In this document: positions 50,711 to 61,900 of the stretch, one piece after another
Numbering within the stretch: position 1 is the stretch's first letter
Layout of the letters: each line of letters begins with the position of its first letter
Assembly: GCA_001643675.2 (NCBI GenBank)
Contig: LSRY02000029.1
Coordinates: 992,001 to 1,056,000 of the forward strand
DNA length: 64,000 bases
Source: Monocercomonoides exilis PA203
Lineage: Eukaryota > Protista > Preaxostyla
Direction: 5' to 3'
Notes under the pieces: generated by a model
Seen by the model: only the letters and a program-made list of their open reading frames with translations
Database searches by the model: none
What the model was told of the DNA's origin: nothing
Position numbers and translations under genes: made by a program

Positions 50711-51810
50711 ATGAAAAATATACAAACATCTGAATTTTGTAATATATGTGTGCATATTATTTGCACGTTTTTTGAAACACTTTTTTTTCAAATCAAATAG
50801 TTTGTGTGAAACAATTGAGAAAACATTTGAAAGCTAATTAGTATTTCAGTTGAAAAATAAATATATTGGATAAATATAAAGGAGTGTGAAAAAATGAAAC
50901 CGAAAATTGGGGATATTTTATCAATTCATTAGATTTTTTGCTAAGCATCGCTGATCGTGAAAGTCTTCGTTTGAATATAGTTTATCAGTTTGATTTAAGC
51001 TCTGTGGAATAATAATTCCGTTGATCACATTCGCAACTGTTGCCCATGGGGTTTGTTATTTTTCTCAGTTGTTATCTTTTAACATTCCGTGCTGGACACA
51101 ATTACGTAATGTGGAATGAGTGTGAGCTAGATTTTGCAATCGTCATTGTTTTAAGTTCCATTGTTCCAGATTGTTTTTGTTGAGGTCGTTGAGTCCGCTT
51201 TTCTAGAATGGAGATTGGGTGATATTGCTTCCGATGTGGAAAGGAATGAGATCTATATCATTCAAAACTGTGCAGCAATAAAAGATAAAATTAAAGTTGA
51301 AGAAATGTTCGCACATCATGAAAAATGTTCTTGTCCAACACAGTGTAGGACTACTGAATGAGAAAGGGACCACAAAGTTTATTCAAAAAAATACACAATA
51401 AAAAATTAAAACGACTCGGGTTTTATATATAGAGAGAAAAAAAGTGAGAAAACCAGTTAAAACGTTCACTATTGTTGTTATGCACTTTCACATCGGTAAC
51501 AAAAATCAAAAATTTGTTTCGTTATTTGTCATATACACAAAGAAATAATCTTTTTCTATTCCTTCTGCACTTTAATGAAAATAATCATCTTCCTTTTGTC
51601 CGTTCTTTTGTTCACAAACAAGCATTCAATTGTGTGAAGTTGTTCAATGAAACAAAATATAAAATACAAAGACGTCTTCTATACAGAATTTATGAATTTG
51701 ATAAGAATCTTTGATAAAAAATGAAAACAAAAGTGTTGATGTTTTAATCTTGTGGGGTGTTGATCACATCAAAATAAACAAACTTATTTTTTGCAAGGAA
51801 ATAATCAATC

Positions 51811-53439
51811 ATGTTTTTCGCTATTTTGAATACAAAACTGAGAAGAAGCGAAAATGAGTTGAATGCAGTTGTTGCAAACAAAGAGGCTTGTATCCGCCCT
51901 GCAACAATCCAAAATGATCATGTAACGAAAGTGATAGATTTGCATGAAGTTGATATTTTGCCGCTGTTGAAAAAAGGAAAGAGAGGGAGACCAAGGAAAA
52001 TCCAAGAGAAGAACGTTGAAAATTCAAAGGAAGAAGAAAAAGAGGAAGAAACAGAAAGCAGTCTTTCAAAAAGGCCAAGGAAGCAGCATGTTCAGTTATC
52101 AAATAAAGAAAGAGATTTACTTCGAGAAGATTGGAAACAAGGTCTTCACGTAGATACAATTACAAAAAGGTATCATGTGTCGAGATCAACATTGCAAAAT
52201 ATAACACGAATCAAAGATCCACCTAAAAAAAGAGGAGGGTTTGTGTATAGTAAAATTACGAAGGAAGCTTCAAACGTACTAGTCAAGTGTATAAAAAGAA
52301 ATCCAAGGATTTCTGCAAACGCTATGAGTAAAGAACTAAAGGAAATACTTGATATTTCCGTTCATCCTTCTTCAGTTTCAAGGCACCTCCGTTCAAAATC
52401 TATGACAGACCAAGGGTTTTCTATTTTCACTATGAAAAAATGCCATATTCAAGAAGAACAAAGAAATTCTGATCAAACAAAATTACGAAGAATTGAATAT
52501 GTGATGAAATATAGAAAGCTGAAAACAACAGGGTAAATATTTGTGTTTTTGGATGAAAGCCCTTGGAGCTGTATTCGACAGCCAGAAAGGGGTCGAAGCC
52601 CGGTTGGTCAGAGGTTAGTTGATAGAAGAAGAATAATTTCTTCGGAAAACATTACCGCTATTACTGCAATTAGTGATCAATGGGGAGTTGTCTTTTCCTC
52701 TTTTGTTCTCGGAGCTGTGAATGCATTAACTTTCAGAGCGTTTCTTTTGGATCTTTTCGAAGAGATTCACGAAAAAACAGAGGAATCAGTAATGCTTATT
52801 ATGGATAACGTAAAAATGCACCATGTTGAAGAAGTTATAGAAGATATTCACAAAACTCATCACAACATTCTATATACAGCTCCATGGTCATGTGAATTAA
52901 ATCCCATTGAGTATGTGTTTAGTATTTGGAAAAGCAGAATACAAATAAACTCAGAATCTTCCTCAATTATTGAAGTGATAAATCAATTACAGAAATCGTT
53001 TGAATCCATCAACCGTTTAGAAGTTTCAAAGTGTGTTAATTTCGTTGAAAATCGCTTATTTCCTTTGGTTATGCTAAAGAAAGATTTGCAGTTGAAGCAA
53101 TTTACAACAGAACTGAAAGAAAGTCAGCAGGAAGATTCGAAATCAACAGCTGTTGTTGTAAGAAGAAAAAGAAAGAGAGATTCTTTCATGCAAGATATAG
53201 AGTTCGAAGAAGATTCGGAAGATCCTGAAATGAAAGTCATCAAGCAAATTAGAAACACTGTTCGAATTACTGAAAAAGATGATGAAAGTGATGATACGGA
53301 AGAATCCAGAACTGAAAAAAACAAACAAAAAAGAGAATTAAATAACTTAGAATCAAATGATGAAAGCGATTGTTCAGAAAATTGCGAAAATAACATCCCA
53401 TATTCTTCTTCGGCAAGTGCTTCTTCTTCATCCAAATAA
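51811..53439 (+). pseudogene. DD34E transposase interrupted by a single in-frame TAA (52534-52536)
   Basis: The two ORFs share one frame: ..KTTG*IFVFLDES. There is an AT-hook (KRGRPRK), HTH regions, and the triad FLDES / IMDN / LNPIE with 34 residues between the second D and the E, followed by an acidic tail. Confidence 0.9.
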
Positions 53440-56400
53440 TTTTTTTTTTATTTTTGTCTATTTTCTTGTTTGTTCGTAAAATTTTTGCTTTTATTGAAAA
53501 AATCACCAAATTTTAATTTCATAAATAAATGAATTTATTTTGGTCATTTGAAAATATTCTATATTTTCTGATATCATAAGATATATCTGATCTATTCTTT
53601 TTATCCTTTAGAAAAAAATTTTTTTAGTTTGTATTTTTTTAATATAATTCGAAAGTTTAGCAATGAATTGTTTTGGTTTAAGAAAATTTGCTAATTTTTT
53701 TGACTGTTGAAAATTTTGCAAACAATTGAGTGAATTTTTTTTGTTTCATATACTTGGATTTTTATTCATAAGAAATTATCAGAAAAAAAAAAGAAAGAAA
53801 GAAAAGAAAAGAAAAATGAAATAAAAAAAAGAAAAAGAAAAAGAAAAAAAGAAGAAAGAAAATGAAAAAAGAAAAAGAAAAAGAAAAGAAAAGATTGTAT
53901 TTTTGCAATGAGAACGTCATGTGTGAGTTCTTCATTTTGAAAACTTAAAAGAAATATTTTTTATATATTAAAGAAGGAAATAAATGTATTAAATGAATGA
54001 CAGAAAAAGCCTAACAGAAAAAATATCAACTAATTTATCAAAAAGGAAGTTTATACACTTTGGACAAGCGCTGTTTAATAACAAATAGATATCAAATTAA
54101 CTTCTGTTAAATAGCAATTTCATTTTTTATCAATTCTTTTTATCAGATCGTAAAATGTTCACAAGAAGACGTAATAAATATTATATTAATCCAAAAATAT
54201 AATGTTTAAGTGGATTAACAGTCATCACTAACAAAAAAACAACATATAAAATTTTTATTGAAAAGTTCTCAAACAATACAATCAACAACAACGAACAAAA
54301 TTTATTGTTTTGAATTACAGAGAAAAGATTTTGATTCAATATTTATTTTGAAGAAAAAATAACATTTTCTTAATTTGCGAAAATTGCAGAAATACTTTCT
54401 CAAAAAATCGAATATTTGAGGGAAAAAAGTTTTTTGAATATTGCTCAAATACATATTCAGATATTGCATTTTTATTAATTTTGAATAAGAAGTTTATTAA
54501 TTTCGAATAATAAGTTTAACAATTTTGAATAATTAGTTTAACAACTTTGAATAATTAGTTTACCAAAATCGAATAATTAGTTTAACAATTTTGAATAATA
54601 AGTTTAACAATTTCGAATAATAAGTTTACCAAATTTGAATAATAAATGGTGTAAATGTCGAATGCATATGGGGGAAAATACGGACTTTCAAGCTTTTTTT
54701 GCGCAAGGCATTGAAAAATTACTTCACTTTTTTCTTTTTTTCACTTTCTCAGATTTCAAAATAAATTTGATTCTTTCATCCGAAAACATGCGTCTTTGAA
54801 ATCAAAAGTGAAAGGTTTCCAACATTTCACAAATGTTAAAAAATGTACCCATTTTTATTGTGTTTTTTGATCTCATTAAGTCAATTAAATGTACATAATT
54901 TTTCAATGAAAATGAAGAAAATATTTTGCCCAAAATAAGAACGAAAAATCGTTTATTCATTGAAAAATGAACCCATAAATATATAAAGTGCGATAATATA
55001 TAGTCACCACTATGATTTCATGCAATGGATAATGTATGAAAATTTTGCAAAATATACAGTTGCACAAAAAAATTTGATTAATAACGAATGTGATTATTCG
55101 ATGTTATTGCATCCAGTGTTGACTGTGGAATATTAACCAAAGTTAGGTGAGACATAATTGTTGTGACTTTATCAAAGAGACATGTCACTTTTCAGAAATC
55201 ATATATGCATATTCAAAACAAATATGCAAACAAAAAATTTCGATAGAAAGAATATGATTTCATAAATCATCGGACAAGCGTAAAAAAATACTTAATCATA
55301 TTCTCACATCAGTGGATTATAAAAGGGTGATTTCTTTTGAAATTATAATTCTTTCGGTGTGTTGATATCTAAAAGGTTTGTTGCCAATGAAAAGACACTT
55401 CATTTTCAAATGACAAATTCATCACACCTTTTTAAAAGCCAATGTTTTTGTTGCAATACTGATATGGATGGAATAAATTAGTATTTTCACTTATCGGTAT
55501 TCATTTATTGAAATTCAAGGGAATTTTTTGAACATCAAATTTTGAATAGAAAAACATGATTTGAAAAATAATCACTCATATTTTACAAAAATCCTCAAAA
55601 AAAGATTAAGGACAAAGTGAAAATTTTTTTTAAAAAAACTATATATGTGAAATTCAAATTTAATAAATATTCAAAAAAAAATTATAATGATTTGATGACA
55701 AAATTGATTAACAAATGCTCACAATGGACAATCCATTTCTTTGCACAGTGATGAACCAATTCCACAAATTTTCTTCTTTTTTAATGCACATTTCATCATT
55801 GAAATTGAGCTATCTTTTAAGATTTGATTTGTTTCAGCCATGAAAAATTGTTGATATTTTCCAAAAAAGGTGAATTGTTATTAATCTTATAATTTTCTTA
55901 ACATTTTTTATGGAGTTTCAATTCTATATTGATAGTTTTAAAAAATAAATATATTGAGAACTTCGTGAAATAAATTGATAACATAGATTTTTGAATGGAC
56001 TGTAACAATACACACAAATGAGCTTTTTTTTTCAGTTTTGAGAAATTCAATCATTTGTTCCATTCTTTTTTTGCTCTCATATCTCATTTCGTCTGACATT
56101 CCCATGGATAACAATTAAGAAAAAAAAATATTTGAGAAATATTAAAAGAAAAAATCGAGTGGAACAAAATTCATAAAACAAATAATTTCTTCACAAAGCC
56201 CAATTTTTGTTTATCACAATCATGATAAGTTTGACAATTTATTGCTTGGTAAATAAGGAAATAAGTAAAAGAAATCGATTTTTGCAAAAGATTTTATCTC
56301 TGGAAAGCAAATTGATGGTTTTTTTTGGAACTATCATCTCAGTCATTGGAAGCCAGCATTAATGTGATTGAGACGACTATGAATGAAATAATTGTGACAC

Positions 56401-56665
56401 CTTGCTTATCAGTGGAAATTATCAGTATTGATAATGAGCGAAATCGCGCCTTTTACAAAATCGCGAAGACAATCATCCTTGAAATAAGCGAATCAGAAAG
56501 GGAAATGAAATCACATCAAATAAGCAAAATATCAAATGAAATATTTATTATGCACGCTTCTCCTTGTCTTTATTTCGACAAAGCATCATCTCATAATTCT
56601 ATACTGCTTTTTTGGTATGAAAATGTTGAAAATCTATGGGAATGATCTGGATTGGATTGTAGATA

Positions 56666-56846
56666 TGGGACAGATTTTTTTTCAATTATGAAAAATTCAA
56701 TGATTTGTTCCAAATATTTTCTGAAATCGTAGAATTATAATTCAGAAATTATAGTGATATGTTGAATATAGAAATATAAATAATCAAGAAAAATCTTTGA
56801 AAGAACTGTGTGGAACAAAATTCATAAATCAAAAAATTTCGTCCCA
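56666..56846. mobile_element. ~180-bp MITE (TA-TGGGAC...GTCCCA-TA)
   Basis: tatgggacagattttttt at the left end and aaaaaatttcgtcccata at the right end. Related sequence occurs at 43446 and 56159. Confidence 0.6.
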
Positions 56847-56850
56847 TATA

Positions 56851-57252
56851 GTTAGTGTTAATAATGGTGGACACTTTCAATAACTCTGGACAGTGGAATT
56901 ATCTTAACAACCGTTGACAGTTGCTTTTTGACAATAAACCTGAATATTCCCTTATGGAATACAAACTCAAGTGAATTGTTAAAATGACTTATACAATGCA
57001 ATGAAATTACATAAAAATTATTTTTTCTTTTCGGAGAAACTCGGATAACCTTATTTCTCTGAGTTTCTCCGAAAATTATAAATGTGTTTTTCTTAATTCT
57101 GTTGAGCAAGCTGTTTCATTTCAGTATGTCTCATATGTTTGCATTAAATGAGGGAATAGTAAAGTTTATATCCTTAATGCAACTATCAACAGTTGTTGAG
57201 AAAATGCAACTGTCCACAGTTATTGAAAGTGTCCACCATTATTAACACTAAC
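56851..57252. mobile_element. 402-bp MITE with TA-flanked TIRs
   Basis: TA-gttagtgttaataatggtggacactttcaataact ... agttattgaaagtgtccaccattattaacactaac-TA, with a central palindrome ttcggagaaactc..gagtttctccgaa. Confidence 0.9.
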
Positions 57253-57410
57253 TATATCTGTTAGTGAGAAAGGAGAAATTCAAATATACTCATGAAAAAG
57301 ACATTGCACAGAAATCAACAATTGCAAAATGGAAGAGCGTGTGGTTGAAATATTCCTTTCAATCGGATTCAGAACAATCAATCAGAATTGTGAATAAAAA
57401 ATTGACATTA

Positions 57411-58670
57411 GGGTGATTTATAAACCCGAACATTTTCATAAACCCGGTTATTTTTTTTGTTCGTTGAAACAGAATAAATAGATTATAAAAATTAAAAAGG
57501 CAAACATTTATTTATATATTTAACTATTTTATGGCAGCACTAAAATTTTTTTGTTTCAATTTTTGTTTTTGATGAAGATCAAAGGAATTTTTAATTTATT
57601 TTTGATCATTTGTTTTGCTCATTTTTAACCAACTCTCTTTTTCTGTCAATTTTTAAGTATAATGTCATAAAACATACATAACGAAGTTTTATTATTCGAA
57701 ATGTTTTATGTTTTTATCTATTTTTTCTATTGTTTTTTTCATTTCATCATTTTTGACAAAAAGTGTGAAAAAATGAATATTATGAGCTGTACGATATTTT
57801 TTTCGTATAAAAAATGATGTTCATGAAAAGAAAAATATTTGCACAAAGCATTAACCATGTTAAAATTTTGTGAAATGTGGGTGATTATTTTTGAAATCAT
57901 ATTTTTTCTTACAAAAATTTCGGTTCAAAAATTACACTTGAATATATGGAAATAATGACAAAAATGTGAAAAGGCTTATTGTTAACATTTTAATCTTTGA
58001 TTCCGAAAAACCATTTGTTTTAAAAAACATTTATCATGTTTTTTCACTTTTGAATTAAAATTTTCTTTTATTTATCTGACAATCTCCAAAAACAGACACC
58101 CCGAAAAAAGATATGATTTCAAAAATAATCACCCATGTTGTTGCTTTCATTACACAAATCAATTTTTGAAAATGATAAACATGCTTATTTCATATTAAAC
58201 AAAACTTAAAATGACTAATTATTAAGAATACCAATGCATTATTATCTTATTTATACGTTATTGTTACATATAAATCTTGATATCAAATAAAAGCATAGAT
58301 AGTTTCATATTTTAATATTATTTGTCAAAAATGATGAAATGAAAAAAACAATAGAAAAAATAGATAAAAACATAAAACATTTCGAATAATAAAACTTCGT
58401 TATGTATGTTTTATGACATTATACTTAAAAATTGACAGAAAAAGAGAGTTGGTTAAAAATGAGCAAAACAAATGATCAAAAATAAATTAAAAATTCCTTT
58501 GATCTTCATCAAAAACAAAAATTGAAACAAAAAAATTTTAGTGCTGCCATAAAATAGTTAAATATATAAATAAATGTTTGCCTTTTTAATTTTTATAATC
58601 TATTTATTCTGTTTCAACGAACAAAAAAAATAACCGGGTTTATGAAAATGTTCGGGTTTATAAATCACCC
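57411..58670. mobile_element. 1260-bp non-autonomous DNA transposon with 350-bp TIRs, TA target duplication
   Basis: TA|gggtgatttataaacccgaac ... gttcgggtttataaatcaccc|TA. Arms 57411-57760 and 58321-58670 are reverse complements. No ORF. Confidence 0.92.
57879..58134. mobile_element. Nested 256-bp MITE (GGGTGATT termini)
   Basis: gggtgattatttttgaaatcatat ... atatgatttcaaaaataatcaccc, flanked by ATGT on both sides. Related solo ends occur at ~49432 and ~55325. Confidence 0.8.
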
Positions 58671-58944
58671 TATATGATTTTGCGAGAAATGGAGAGGATT
58701 TTTCGCACAAGCTCATCAAACCTTTTCTTAGAAAAGGAAAAAAAAATCGATCAAAATCCAAAGCATAAAAACGATCACAAAAATTGGTATTATACAAATG
58801 AATAGAAAATTTGAAGAACGATGATTGTCAGAAAGAGTTGAAAACTTAAAAAGAAACCCTATTTTTATATTGAAACAAATTATCCGTGAAAATTGACACT
58901 CGAGAAAAAGAAGTTTTATTGTTTATCTGGTGAAGTTAAAATGC

Positions 58945-61900
58945 CTATGAATCCTTCACACTGAAAATACCAGAAATATCTTCTGGGATGGAAGTTGCAT
59001 TGACATCTGAAGCATCTTCACTTTGGTGACAACAGCTTTCCACATCATTATCAACGGCATCTGAAATTGAAAGCACAACAGCTCCCTGAGGAAAGCGTTG
59101 GATGAACTCTCTCTTTGCGTCAACAAGGGTTGGTCTCTCGCCCATCTGCTGTGAAAAGCACAGGGAAACGAATCGACTAAGTGTTGACTCAATCACTCGA
59201 GTTGCATCAGGTCTTTCTCCATTCATAATCTTCTGTCCCGCCTCCTCTGCTTCATATTCTCCAAATGGAATATCCAACGTCAAGCACTCCCACAGCATCA
59301 TCCCAATCGAAAACACAACCGATTCCTTCGTTGCTCCCATGTTCTTGTTCATCATCAGCTCTGGCGCCTTCCATCTCAAACACTCTTTTTTGAAACTATC
59401 TTCATCCTCAAACGCGGATGAAGGAAGGGAGTCATTATCATCATCACTTGCAGAAGTCACAACAGTTGATGAAGAGATGGAAGAAGAGTCAGAATTATCA
59501 TCTGACAAAAAGTCAGAATGCATCATGATGCAGATGACCATGTGTTCAGAGAACAGTACAATGTGAGGACTCAAACTGGATAATGACTGAAGAGGATTTT
59601 CCATCTCATCAAAGGAGTGGAGCGCAAGATTGGCCACCCAGAACAGGATCTGAGCAGCTGTCATTTCTCTCTCCTGGAGAGTGCCTATTGCCATCTCCTT
59701 CTTCTCATTCCTTCCATGAAGCAACATGAACAGCGAATCCCTCAAATCCACAATAAACTTTTCATGAAGAGATGAACAGGCCATGGCATCCACCAAGTTC
59801 GACATGGATGAAGTGGTCGGGCACAGATCTTCCCCTCGAACAAAAGTTGAATCTGAGTCAGTTGTTGAAGTGGTTGAAGTTGATGAAATGGAAGGTGAAG
59901 GCGATCTCTTTCTTGTTTCTTCATCTTTCTCCTTCTCATCCACTTTCTCTAACATCCATTCTGGGATCTTGTCTGAATCTCTTCCAAGGATGTATTCAGT
60001 CGATCCACTCTCAGACAGAAGGTGCTCTGATGACTCTGAATGTCCCAAGCTTTTTTTATACACCCTCTTCTTTATTCTCTCTTCATTTTTCTTCTCTGCC
60101 TCTCTCTCTGCCCTTCGCCACTGCTCTTCTGGTGACATCTCCATTGTTGTCATTTCAATCAACTTTGGATCTTTTTTAATGTTATCATTCACAATCTCTT
60201 CTAATTCTTCTGTTCTTCTCTTTAGCTTTCTCCATCGAAGTGTTGAAATTACTGCAACAATTAAAATGAAAAGAAGCACAAAAGCCATGATTATAACAAT
60301 CAACAACCAATACGATTTCCCTTCTTTTCCTCCTTCAACAATTTTTTCATCTCCATTAACCTTGGGCTCACTTCTGTTCTTCAGAATGAAAGAATCAGTG
60401 GACGATGGATTATTTCCGTCCCCAAACAGAATGAGCACTCTCACCTCTGCATCATCTCCTGCTTCACGAATTATCTCCCTTTTCAGCCTCCCTTCGACTT
60501 CTGTCTCCGACACATATCCACTTTCACCAAATCCATGCTTCTCAATCTGCTTTTCTTCTCCCATCTGCTTCACAACCATGAATGACAAGTTGCAAGGTAG
60601 AAGCAGCTTTCCTTTGAATATAGCCTCCATTTCTTCTCCTTTCTCATTTGCTTCAGCGCTCTCCAACACTGGAATGAAAAATGAAGATGCTCTTTCAGAA
60701 ACAATCCTTTCAAGCAGACAACCCTCATTCAACATCCAAAGAGATGTATTTGGCAAAACCCCATCTCCTCCTATCAAACTGGAAATGGTCAATGAAGCAG
60801 AATCAGAGCAGATTATGTTTCGACGAAGAGAAGGATATTTCTCAATGAAAGGATTATTGTTTGAAAGCTCTCCTTTCTCAATCATCAAATATCCTCCACT
60901 CACAGTTAAACCTCCCTTTGAGGAGTTGCAGATTGTTATATCTTTCATCATCACAGAACTGCTTGAGATATCAACGACTGAACCATTCCACTGAAAAATA
61001 TCATTGGCAATTTCATTCATTTCTTTGACGTCGTTAACCAGGATCCCCTCAAACTGACATAAATCCATCAAAACATTCTCTGCCGATGTTATCGCCACTT
61101 GGCTCCCCTTTCGCAACTCTGATATGCACTCATGAAAAGAGCAGTTGCACATTTCAAATCCACTCATCCCATTTGTTGCACAAACAATGCAAGGCCCAGA
61201 TGATAATCGACTGATATTTGCAAACGATGACACCATCAATGATAAAACAAGTGAAGAATGGCTGTTTTCAAGTGATATAAGGCTTCTATCTTCCAAATCA
61301 ATTTTTGCGGCTTCCAACTTCGAAACACTCACTTTCTCACTTTTCCCACATTCAATCAACGTACTCTTGCATTGGACATCATCTACTACCAGCTCGTCAA
61401 ATATTGAACCTTCAAAATTCAACACCTGGAACACAGACTTTGAGAATTCCAAATTCCCAATATTGCATTTTTCTGTCTCAAATATTCCATCTTCAACAAC
61501 AATCAGAGAAAAGTCAAAAATGATCTGTGAATTCTCCATCGATCCGCTCTCCGACTGAAATGGAACAGATTCCAGAATGAGAGATCCATTCAATTGGTGT
61601 ATCAAGCACGAACAGACAATATTCTGCATTCCACCAAAAACAAATGAAATTTTCTCAATTCGAACAGACTCTGAAGTTCTTACAATTCCCTCATTCCCAA
61701 GCTCAATCTCTCTCACTTTTATCTTCCCATTCACACTTGCTTCCATTGACTTGATCGTCACTTTCTCAACTGAGCACGAACCAGTCAATTCTGTTTCATT
61801 CCAGATAAACAGCAGTGAATAATCTGATGGGATGATGTGACTCACCCCAACATTCATTGATCTGCATGTGTTCTTCATCTCTCCACACTGCTTGTTATCG

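Larger units (their letters stand above)
49518..54651 (+). mobile_element. Tc1/mariner-IS630 superfamily DNA transposon, 5134 bp, 396-bp TIRs, TA target duplication
   Basis: Ends read TA|caccatttattattc ... gaataataaatggtg|TA. TIRs 49518-49913 and 54256-54651 look identical by eye. The element contains a DD34E transposase. Confidence 0.95.

Noticed and set aside
43446-56846. Inverted repeat pair 13.4 kb apart as the ends of one giant element
   Set aside because: Each end has its own nearby partner (43580-43624 and 56666), which is better explained as separate copies of a small MITE.
59783-60994. 403-aa + strand ORF
   Set aside because: It is the antisense shadow of the pseudokinase CDS.
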